Assembly: GCA_963848135.1 (NCBI GenBank)
Contig: CAWKCK010000005.1
Coordinates: 682,001-704,868, forward strand
DNA from: an uncultured delta proteobacterium
GTDB taxonomy: Bacteria; Desulfobacterota; Desulfobacteria; Desulfobacterales; SG8-13
Reading direction: 5' to 3'
Length of the DNA stretch: 22,868 bases
Shown: positions 8,924 to 16,759 of the stretch, one piece after another
How positions within the stretch are numbered: the stretch's first letter is position 1
Layout of the letters: each line of letters begins with the position of its first letter
Program-made: the position numbers and the translations under genes
Notes under the pieces: generated by a model
What the model was told of the DNA's origin: nothing
Databases searched by the model: none
What the model saw: only the letters and a program-made list of their open reading frames with translations

Positions 8924-9054
8924 TTGCTGAATTCCAGTAGCGTGTAACTCGCAACCCATGCTTTCCGGCTCAATTTATCCCGTGAAATTCATGTAAGTGA
9001 AAAGCCTGCTCATCGGCGCGGCGCTTATTTAACGGATCGGACTCAACGGGCTAA

Positions 9055-9204
9055 CCCGGAAATTTCATGAAATCATTTCAGCTCTTTCATTGGATCTTGG
9101 CGAGGGACAAAGTGTGCCCCGATTAAACGGATCATGAGTTTGATCAATGCCCCGATATGGGTTCTATTGGCCGCTCGGTGAAATGATTTCATGAAATATT
9201 CGGG
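9055..9204. mobile_element. 150-bp MITE with 26-bp TIRs and CTAA duplication
   Basis: CCCGGAAATTTCATGAAATCATTTCA vs reverse complement CCCGAATATTTCATGAAATCATTTCA (24/26). CTAA at 9051-54 and 9205-08. Confidence 0.8.
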
Positions 9205-9229
9205 CTAATCTGGTCAAACTGAATTCCCT

Positions 9230-9409
9230 TTCACCTTTAACCTTTGAGCTTTCAGCTGGCGCGAAGCGCCTTACCCGCAACCTTTACCCCGTTGAATTTC
9301 CCGAAGGGAAGATGCGCAGCATCATTCAACCGGGGCGAGATTCACAGCACCAAAATCTAAATACCAAATACCAAATACCAAACATTACACACCCTGCCCT
9401 CACATAGTA
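9230..9409 (+). repeat. Repeat D copy 1 with an internal palindromic insert
   Basis: 50 bp identical to 10185-10234. Insert CCCCGTTGAAT...ATTCAACCGGGG. AATACCA heptamers. Shared CCCTCACATAGTA end. Confidence 0.9.
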
Positions 9410-9575
9410 CTAATAAAATAATATACGTCCCCGAAATACCTAAAAAAATATATGCCCCTAAATTTCACGCCGTCCCTACACGCGTCCGTTTATTGTTTAG
9501 GCAATTATGGACGGCTCAATAAACATTCCCACTTTCTTGTTGCAAATTTGTATTAAATAAGTATTATATTTACAC

Positions 9576-9842
9576 ATGGATTTCGAATGGAATGAACAAA
9601 AAAGCATGTCAAACAGTGCCAAGCATGGTATCGATTTTGAAGCTGCAACCCAATTGTGGAATGATGGAGACAGGGTTGAGGTTCATACAACATTTCCTGA
9701 TGAAAGTCGAAGTATCATGATCGGAAGAATCGACAAGAAATTGTGGTCTGCGGTTTTTACGCAACGCGGAGAATCAATACGCATTATTTCCGTTAGGCGT
9801 GCCAGGAAAAAGGAGGCTGTACTTTATGAGAAAGAAAAATAA
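9576..9842 (+). CDS. brnT: BrnT-family toxin
   Basis: 'MDFEWNEQK...KHGIDFE...IRIISVRRA'. Confidence 0.92.
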   Translation: MDFEWNEQKSMSNSAKHGIDFEAATQLWNDGDRVEVHTTFPDESRSIMIGRIDKKLWSAVFTQRGESIRIISVRRARKKEAVLYEKEK

Positions 9843-10092
9843 AGCTAAATCCGCGGAAGAGTTTGACAGGCGTTTTAATGAAGGCGAGGATATTCACAAC
9901 CTTATTCAAATTTCGGAAGCAAAAATCGTCCGTCATGGGAAGAAAGTGCGTGTCACGCTGGATATCGCAGAGGGATTATTACAAGAAATTGATCGCATAC
10001 GAAATAAGATTGGCGTGGATCGAGCGGCATTGATAAAAATATGGCTGCATGAGCGAGTCCAAAAGGAAAAATCTATATCATTCGATTCGTAG
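9826..10092 (+). CDS. BrnA-like CopG/RHH antitoxin
   Basis: Likely start ATG 9826 after AGGAGG. 'AEEFDRRF..GEDI...RVTLD...GVDRAALIKIWL'. Confidence 0.85.
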   Translation: MRKKNKAKSAEEFDRRFNEGEDIHNLIQISEAKIVRHGKKVRVTLDIAEGLLQEIDRIRNKIGVDRAALIKIWLHERVQKEKSISFDS

Positions 10093-10184
10093 ACTTACAT
10101 TGGCCCCTGAGATTTACGCTTTCAGCACAAATTTCTCTTGAGCAGCTATGCTGTGTTTTATAAATTTTTCAACTGAAAAATCTA

Positions 10185-10292
10185 TTCACCTTTAACCTTT
10201 GAGCTTTCAGCTGGCGCGAAGCGCCTTACCCGCAGCACCAATCACCAAACACCAAACACTACATCCACTTGAACCCTTTCCCTCACATAGTA
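10185..10292 (+). repeat. Repeat D copy 2
   Basis: Matches 9230-9409 without the insert. Confidence 0.9.
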
Positions 10293-10365
10293 TTCGTTCC
10301 TTAAATTCTTGGGCGCAATCTAAGGTATTGAAACCACATCTATTAAAATAGAAAGAATTTTCGTC

Positions 10366-10400
10366 TTGACAACTATCACGTGACAGTTTACATTTGGGTC
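10366..10400 (+). promoter_or_regulatory. higBA promoter/operator (probable leaderless)
   Basis: TTGACA-17-TACATT-6 nt-GTG. Palindrome AACTATCACGTGACAGTT at 10371-10388. Confidence 0.8.
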
Positions 10401-10682
10401 GTGATAAAGACATTTACCAATAAAGAAACTCAACAGGTTTTCATTAAAGGCAAATCAAAACGTTTTCCGCCTGATTTGATCCAAAGGGCGATACGTCGAT
10501 TGGAATATATTCATTGGTCAACATGCTTGAACGATCTGAGCGTACCTCCAAGCAATCGATTACATGCCCTCAAAGGTGACAGAGAGGGGCAATATTCCAT
10601 ATCAATCAACGATCAATGGCGCATTTGTTTCCGGTTCATCGATGGCGACGCCTATGACGTAGAAATTACAGATTATCATTAA
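10401..10682 (+). CDS. higB: HigB toxin (RelE/ParE family)
   Basis: Start revised to GTG 10401 (MIKTF). 'PPSNRLHALKGDREGQYSISINDQWRICFRF...DYH'. Confidence 0.93.
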   Translation: MIKTFTNKETQQVFIKGKSKRFPPDLIQRAIRRLEYIHWSTCLNDLSVPPSNRLHALKGDREGQYSISINDQWRICFRFIDGDAYDVEITDYH

Positions 10683-10693
10683 GGAGAAACATA

Positions 10694-11008
10694 ATGGCGA
10701 TACCGAATGCCGCAAAACGAGAAATTCCTCCGACACACCCAGGTGAAGTTTTAAGGGAAGATTTCATTCCGGATTACGGTTTGACTACGGCATCTCTGGC
10801 TGATGCTTTGGGAGTATCCCGCCAAACAATCAATGAAATCCTTAGGGAAAGAAGAGCCATCACCCCTATTATGGCATTACGACTATCCCGGTTGTTTGGT
10901 AATACCCCTGAGTTTTGGCTCAACGCACAAAATGCTCGCGACATTTGGGATTCTGAGCAACATTTTAAAGATGCTCTTGAACAAATTCATCCACTAAATG
11001 CTGCATAG
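10694..11008 (+). CDS. higA: HigA antitoxin
   Basis: 'PTHPGEVLREDF...GVSRQTINE...MALRLSRLFGNTPEFWLNAQ'. Confidence 0.94.
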   Translation: MAIPNAAKREIPPTHPGEVLREDFIPDYGLTTASLADALGVSRQTINEILRERRAITPIMALRLSRLFGNTPEFWLNAQNARDIWDSEQHFKDALEQIHPLNAA

Positions 11009-11140
11009 CAAGCGCCGCATGCCGATTGGTTTTCATATGCCGTCCACTCAGCGGCAAATGAAAAAAACTTCTAACCTCTGCGTTCTCTGCGCCTGGTTTA
11101 TTGTAGTCAAGAACTTAAAATAGTTTTTGCTTATAATGAG

Positions 11141-11286
11141 GTCACCATTTCCAACCCTGGTATTTGAGAGTCCGCCAACGGCTCTGATCTTGCTTCATCG
11201 GGAATTGGTGACAGCGGGGAGTTTTGAATGCTCGAGCTGAAGGTCGAAAAAATCGCCTTAATGGCGCAGATGAAAATCTCCCCGCT
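11141..11286 (-). ncRNA. Predicted bridge/seek RNA: target-binding loop 11286-11213, donor-binding loop 11212-11141
   Basis: Two adjacent stem-internal loop-stem units. Loops carry TCTGCGCC/TCGAG (target) and AGCAAG/ACCAG (donor junction). Confidence 0.8.
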
Positions 11287-11292
11287 TTCACA

Positions 11293-12546
11293 TCAAGCTG
11301 CTAGTTGACAACGATGGGTATTGTAATCTTCGATATATATCGAGCCATCACGGGCCAATGCAAACATCACCGCCAGCAGTTTGCGCGAAATCGCCACCAG
11401 AGCTTTGATTTTGGGCATTCCACGCTCAATCATTCGGTTGTAAGGCACATGCATAATCCCATTGGACTTAACGGTATTGATGGCGCCAAAATACAACAGT
11501 TTGCGCATCAACGGTCGTCCGCGTTTGGAAATGTGGTGTCGCCCGCGGTGCTTGCCGGAACTGACCTCAAACAAATCCAGACCAGCCAGTTTGGTGATCT
11601 CAGGGAGCGTGGAAAATTGACGAAAGTCTCCCACCTCACCGATCAAGCCGGCAACGGTGATCAGGCCGATACCTCGCATCGAAAGAAGATACGGACTGTA
11701 TGGGATTTGCTCCAAATAGCTTCTCATGCGGCCTTCCAGGTGATCGACAAACGCATTGATCCTTTCGATCTGATCCACAAGGTAGCCAATCTCCGAGACA
11801 ATGCTCTGGCGGCCTTCGGTGACTCCGACCGAGGATTTTGCCGCCTGAAACAGCTGCCTGGCCCGTTGATGGTCCATCCTGCCACGGCTCACACGCCTCA
11901 TGTCCCGGCTCAACTGCTCCAGGCCCAGAGTCAACACGGCGCCCGGCGCAGGGCAATGCCTGATCAGATACAAGCCGGTTTTACAAGAAACGGTTTTGAT
12001 CACCTTCAAAAACTCTGGGAAAACGACAAACACAAGATGCTGCAACTGATTGAGTATGGCCGTGCGTTCTTTGATGGCGCGCTCTCTGGCCTGGGTCAGC
12101 CGCCGCAGCTCGGCCGCCGCTCCTTCCGGAACCACCACCGTCAAAGAATGACCGAGCATCATCACATCGGCAATGACTCGCGGGTCTTTACGATCGGTCT
12201 TGTTCGGAGAATTACCGGTAAGTTCCTTCACACGCTTACTGTGCATCGGGTTGATTTGCACCAGCTGCACCGGCTTCTGCCTCAAAAAGTGCAGCAGCGG
12301 CTCGGCGTAAGGCCCTGTGGACTCAAAGCCAACCAGAACCTGACTCAAGCGATGGGCTTTTTTAAACCGACACAGCTTCTTCCAAAATTGGTCAAAACCG
12401 TACCGGCAATTGGTAACTTCAAAAGGTTTTTCTTCTTTCCCATTGGGGGCACGGAAATATCCAAAATGAGACCCTTTACCGATATCCAGACTAACGATCA
12501 TTGTTTGCCTATTGACCCTTTTAACTTTTTGCGATTTAGTATTCAT
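11293..12546 (-). CDS. IS110-family DEDD recombinase/transposase
   Basis: SLDIGK, GFESTG, KTDRKD (DEDD) and C-terminal SSGK serine. Likely start ATG 12546 after AGAGGAG. Confidence 0.95.
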   Translation of the reverse strand: MNTKSQKVKRVNRQTMIVSLDIGKGSHFGYFRAPNGKEEKPFEVTNCRYGFDQFWKKLCRFKKAHRLSQVLVGFESTGPYAEPLLHFLRQKPVQLVQINPMHSKRVKELTGNSPNKTDRKDPRVIADVMMLGHSLTVVVPEGAAAELRRLTQARERAIKERTAILNQLQHLVFVVFPEFLKVIKTVSCKTGLYLIRHCPAPGAVLTLGLEQLSRDMRRVSRGRMDHQRARQLFQAAKSSVGVTEGRQSIVSEIGYLVDQIERINAFVDHLEGRMRSYLEQIPYSPYLLSMRGIGLITVAGLIGEVGDFRQFSTLPEITKLAGLDLFEVSSGKHRGRHHISKRGRPLMRKLLYFGAINTVKSNGIMHVPYNRMIERGMPKIKALVAISRKLLAVMFALARDGSIYIEDYNTHRCQLAA

Positions 12547-12913
12547 GGCTATGCTCCTCTTTTGATCCCAGATTACCAACCAACTTGCATGTAACTGGCA
12601 TCAAAATGAGTATAGCCTTTTTTGTTCATGCTCAAGGCTTACTGGAATATAGCAAGCTCTAACGAGCACCGCGAGTGGGCGGTGATAAAATCCTGCTCCT
12701 TCATATATAGATCCTGTCTGAATTAGGTCCCACAGGTTGACTTATTGTTTAGGAAGCAATCCGGAAAGACCTACCACCTGTTTTGCCTCTTCTGAAGGAT
12801 CTCCTCAATTCATCCGATTCACGATGATCATTTTTTGTTGCTAATCGTTATTTACTGCTGTGCGAGAACACCCTTAGAATATCCTGTACAGCCTATAGAC
12901 CCTTTCTAAGTTG

Positions 12914-13020
12914 AGCGCCGCAGGCCGATTGGTTTTATTTACCGCCCTATCTCAACGGCAAATAAAATAAATAAACTCAAACTCTGCGTTCTCTGTGACT
13001 CGAACGAAGCGAGGCGGTGA
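12914..13020 (+). repeat. Repeat family A copy 4
   Basis: AGCGCCGCAGGCCGATTGG + hairpin 12933-44/12956-67 + CTCTGCGTTCTCTGTGACTCGAACGAAGCGAGGCGGTGA. Confidence 0.88.
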
Positions 13021-13028
13021 ATAATCTT

Positions 13029-14030
13029 TTATGCTTCTATCGTAGTTTTTTCAGTTAGTAGCACCTTCTTCGACTCATCGTTTGTTATCGCCTTCTTTTT
13101 CTCCGATCGCCACAACAGCCACAAAATCGGCGCCCACAACAACAGCGCGATAAAGAAAAAAGGCTTCCCCCCTGCCCTGTGAAGCCAGCTATCAGTCAAC
13201 CATGAAGGATCGACATACGAAGCCATTAAAGTAAGTGCCGTAATGCGCAGCGCATTTTTAAAGATCGTTATCGGAATGATTGCAAGCACTGCCATAAGTC
13301 GGCGCCAGCCGGTTTCCAGAAATACATACCCGGCAGCTGTGGTCGCAACAATCAGCGACAGACTGGATCTGATACCGCTGCATTGCTCTGCGACCTGGAT
13401 TGATACCTCAGGCAATTCGAACACCGTATCGGTGCGCAAGTAAGTCAACCCGATGAGTCCGAAAACACCGTCCACCGTATGAGCCGTCATTTGCTGTAAA
13501 AACCGGATAGTTCGATCCAGAACAACTGTCGGGACCGGGATTGCAAAAAATAGAAAAAGTAGGGGAAACATTGCCCTTCGAAAGGCCCGCTTACCATATA
13601 ATCCGACAAACCCACCAATGATCCAGAGAACGAAGCCGATGATGCACAAGGTTAGATAGTCGTTCTGTTCAACTTCTAACTGAAAAACATTGACAGCAAA
13701 TCGCAGTATCAGGCCTGCAAGAACCACGGTAGCGCCGACCGCTGGCGCATATGCGACTTGCCGGAAAAAGTCTTTGCGTTTTAGGCCAACGATAGCGAAG
13801 CTAAACAGTGGGATTAGAGCAATATGTGAATAAAGCGAATCGTTGTGAGAAAGGACTGCCAGATGGTATAGCGGTGTCCAGAAAATAGCGATTCCGACGG
13901 CGCAGAAAACCGCAAATAGAATGCTGCGATGAATAAAAAAATTATTTGAGTTTGCTGGATTTATTGGGTTGATAGGGTTTGTTGGGTTTGTTAAATTCGC
14001 TTCGTTGTTTTTCGTAAATTCACTGGCTAA
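13029..14030 (-). CDS. Exosortase (EpsH/Xrt family); 5' end uncertain, possibly disrupted
   Basis: AEQCSGIRS (Cys), NALRI (Arg), WLH (His). Frame open upstream to 14030 with the YSHIALIP motif, but no ATG/GTG/TTG before 13727. Confidence 0.85.
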   Translation of the reverse strand, partial: LASEFTKNNEANLTNPTNPINPINPANSNNFFIHRSILFAVFCAVGIAIFWTPLYHLAVLSHNDSLYSHIALIPLFSFAIVGLKRKDFFRQVAYAPAVGATVVLAGLILRFAVNVFQLEVEQNDYLTLCIIGFVLWIIGGFVGLYGKRAFRRAMFPLLFLFFAIPVPTVVLDRTIRFLQQMTAHTVDGVFGLIGLTYLRTDTVFELPEVSIQVAEQCSGIRSSLSLIVATTAAGYVFLETGWRRLMAVLAIIPITIFKNALRITALTLMASYVDPSWLTDSWLHRAGGKPFFFIALLLWAPILWLLWRSEKKKAITNDESKKVLLTEKTTIEA

Positions 14031-14035
14031 TTAAT

Positions 14036-14550
14036 AAAACTACCCGCCGCAAGCGGACAGGGTATTAGAATAGTGACAACTGTCGGTCTTCGTACAACCG
14101 ATGATAGTTTGCTCCTTGATTTTTTACATTACTGCCCTATTGAATCCTCATTGCCAGGCTTACCAACGCTACTCGCAAAATATCCATCCGGCCAGAACTC
14201 TCCTGCCCACAGCTGCTTCTTAACCTGCGGGCAGCGCCTGAATATTTCTCTGGCACTAAAACTTTTCCTTATTGTTACGATTTTAGTGACACTGTATGTC
14301 GGAACTGACTGAACCAAAAAATGGACATTGTCCTTATCTGTGCCGATTTCTAAAAACTTTTTCTGATATCCCTTTTCGATCTTCAGCATATGTATTTATA
14401 ACTTCATCTACGTGTTTATCTATGACCACAAGCTTATATTTGGCTGGAAATACTAAATAATATATCAGGACGGTTACTTTATGGCTCTTATGTAGGTATT
14501 CGCTCCCACAGCGATTCTACGTCGCAAGCGGCGTGGAATACAACCCTGAA
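14036..14550 (-). mobile_element. Degenerate IS200-type element
   Basis: CGCAAGCG hairpins at both ends (14047-56, 14519-34) bracket a tnpA remnant. Boundaries approximate. Confidence 0.75.
14100..14509 (-). pseudogene. tnpA: IS200/IS605 Y1 transposase pseudogene
   Basis: SEYLHKSHKVTVLIYYLVFPAKY, then a frameshift near 14390. HUH reads NVH. Stop/frameshift at the expected catalytic Tyr (Y-V-K-N-Q). Confidence 0.85.
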
Positions 14551-14588
14551 TGATTTAACACAACTATCAAGTGGTTTCCGAACGAAAT

Positions 14589-15656
14589 TCAGGGCAGCAG
14601 GAATAACCCGTTTTTTTCCGCGTACTTCTTACCTATGAAACAGCCTTTTGGGATCAACGCGTGAACACCTTTGGTGTAGTCCACCAATTGCGTTATACAG
14701 AGATCCACTGCTTGGCTGCAGAACGCGTATGCTTCAGACCTAGGTAAGTCGTAGTATTGATTTAAAAAGGTAATGCTTTTGCGTACAGCCATTTTGGCTG
14801 CGCTTTCAAGATCCGTATGAAATCCCATGATAACCCAGTTTATAGGAGTAGATGCCATAGGCCAGTTTACGATTTCACCGAGATCCTTGCGTATGGTGAG
14901 ACGAAGAGAAATACACTTGAACGCCCCTTCGACCGCGTTGAGGTTCACTTCACCGTTGCCCTGGGCTAAATGACCGTCGCCGGTTTTTAGGCCAACGCCC
15001 GGCGCGTGCACCGGGAGATAAAGCACGGAGCCCGGAACAAGTTCTTTGTTATCCATGTTACCGCCGTGTTTTCCTGGGGGCACGTTGCTCCATCTGCCTG
15101 GATCTGCCAGTTCTACGCCAATGGTACCTGGAAAAGGCTTTGCTTGCACGGTAATTCCAGGCATGAATTCGTACGTACCGTTTTCCTTGTCCAGTGTATA
15201 CCAACGCATGCCGCCATTTGGAAAATCTTCTGGCAAGAAACCAAGCTTCAGGAAAGAGGTTTGCGGGTTGAGGTTAAATCCCTGCGGGTAGGGATCTATA
15301 TATAGGATTTCCACTTCGAGTACGTCACCACACTCAGCTCCTTGCACGTGTATAGGCCCGGTGAGGTGATGATGTCCCGCTCCTTTTCTTAATTTTTCAG
15401 CGCCGGTATCAGAATCAGGGAATATATAAACTTCAGGGTCATTCTGCATAACATTTCGGTAAGAATCGGCCCACTGGTTCAAGTTGGTACCTGGTTCCAT
15501 TAGTAAGTGAAGACCGGTTTCGATTTCAACGATATCTCCTGAGGCCACAGTGAGTACTGGCTTGCGGGTGTTGTCCCAGTATCCGTTTGTTGCAGTTAAT
15601 TCGTTGCATTTGAGAACGTGCACGTTTTCCTCAGGCCCATAGGGTTTTAATTCCAT
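14589..15656 (-). CDS. Acetamidase/formamidase family protein
   Basis: 'HHLTGPIHVQGA..GDVLEV', 'PFPG', 'HGGNMD', 'GDGHLAQGNGEV...AVE'. Confidence 0.9.
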   Translation of the reverse strand: MELKPYGPEENVHVLKCNELTATNGYWDNTRKPVLTVASGDIVEIETGLHLLMEPGTNLNQWADSYRNVMQNDPEVYIFPDSDTGAEKLRKGAGHHHLTGPIHVQGAECGDVLEVEILYIDPYPQGFNLNPQTSFLKLGFLPEDFPNGGMRWYTLDKENGTYEFMPGITVQAKPFPGTIGVELADPGRWSNVPPGKHGGNMDNKELVPGSVLYLPVHAPGVGLKTGDGHLAQGNGEVNLNAVEGAFKCISLRLTIRKDLGEIVNWPMASTPINWVIMGFHTDLESAAKMAVRKSITFLNQYYDLPRSEAYAFCSQAVDLCITQLVDYTKGVHALIPKGCFIGKKYAEKNGLFLLP

Positions 15657-15691
15657 ATTTTTTAAGTAAGCTCCTATTTATAGTCCTCGTT

Positions 15692-16582
15692 TTAAGATTT
15701 TTTTTTCTTGTAGGCAACAACAAACAGATTGTCTAAATTCAAATGCCCTCCAGTAAGTGCAGCGATGGCGTTTACCATTTTAAAACACGCATTTTTTATT
15801 CCACTGAAAATTGGTTCCTGGTTGCTCGAGATACTTTGGATAGGGTGCAAGTGAATAAAGTTTATAGAAGTGAAACCGTTTCGTTTCAATATATTGCTTA
15901 TGCTGGACTTGGAGTAATGATGCATATGGTCACGGGCCTGTAAATGAGAATATTCATTCCGTATTTTTACTTGTTTTAACAGCTTTAAAAGCCGTGCTCT
16001 ATGAAGTTGAATATTAATATTAGGCGTTCTAATGAAGAAGATACCTCCATCCCGTAAAAGTTCAAAACAATGCTTGATTACTGGGTCAGGATAGAGGATA
16101 TGTTCTAAAACATCCCATATCGTGATAATATCAAAATAATTTTGTGGTAAATCAACCTTTTCAAGTCGATTACAATATATGTTTTTAAGCCCCAATATTT
16201 TACGAGAGTAATTTACGGCGGCTGGAGAAATCTCACATCCGTGCGTTTCCCAACACGTATATTTAGCCATAGCTTTCAGAAAAAAACCAAGCCCACAGCC
16301 CATATCTAAGAGTGTACCTGAACGTCCAATAATAAACCTCTGAAAAAAATCTTGGTGCATTTTTAGACGAGCCCGGTTCCAGTAATAGTGTTCGTCTTCT
16401 GGTACTTCGTCTCCCCAAAATTCATCATAATGTGGATGGGCCGGGAAAGACGAAAAGATATGACCGCACTCATCACATCTGAGAATGTCAATGCCAGATT
16501 CGTTAAACACAGGGTAATGCCGCAAACTGCCGCACAGCAGGCATTGCCTGGGATTCATCTTTTGCCTTAAGGCCGTTCCCAC
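15692..16582 (-). CDS. Class I SAM-dependent methyltransferase with N-terminal CxxC...CxxC
   Basis: 'LLDMGCGLGFF', 'FDIITIWDVLEH'. A type common in glycan loci. Confidence 0.88.
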   Translation of the reverse strand: MGTALRQKMNPRQCLLCGSLRHYPVFNESGIDILRCDECGHIFSSFPAHPHYDEFWGDEVPEDEHYYWNRARLKMHQDFFQRFIIGRSGTLLDMGCGLGFFLKAMAKYTCWETHGCEISPAAVNYSRKILGLKNIYCNRLEKVDLPQNYFDIITIWDVLEHILYPDPVIKHCFELLRDGGIFFIRTPNINIQLHRARLLKLLKQVKIRNEYSHLQARDHMHHYSKSSISNILKRNGFTSINFIHLHPIQSISSNQEPIFSGIKNACFKMVNAIAALTGGHLNLDNLFVVAYKKKKS

Positions 16583-16759
16583 TTCTTACTCCTTAATTTC
16601 CATGATTATCAAAGACTTTTTACACTGAATGACTTCGTTTTGACCCCCTGTCTACAAAGTTGGTGATAGCTAAATACTCATACAGTGATAGTGCGTATTT
16701 CCTAAACTCCAAGATTCATTAATTATTCTTGTATCGGGTGATCAATATGAGCGATGATC

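Larger units (their letters stand above)
11095..12658 (-). mobile_element. IS110-family insertion sequence (IS1111-like layout: long 3' non-coding end)
   Basis: CT core at 11093-94 and 12657-58. No longer TSD. Ends defined by the split repeat. Weak subterminal IR TATTnnAGT. Confidence 0.92.
11011..12685 (+). repeat. Repeat family A copy 3, split by IS110 (11011-11094 + 12659-12685)
   Basis: Removing the IS restores CTCTGCGTTCTCTGCGC-CT-CTAACGAGCACCGCGAGTGGGCGGTGA. Confidence 0.9.

Noticed and set aside
11305..12594. 429-aa plus-strand ORF
   Set aside because: Antisense shadow of the IS110 recombinase with no recognisable motifs.
4475..13020. CRISPR array or integron attC interpretation of the repeats
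   Set aside because: Spacing is irregular and kb-scale, no cas or intI gene is present, and I could not find consistent RYYYAAC/GTTRRRY boxes.
14100..14509. Active Y1/RAYT enzyme mobilising the repeats, or a TnpB/IscB system
   Set aside because: Frameshifted with damaged HUH and Tyr motifs. No tnpB follows, and its end hairpins differ from family A.
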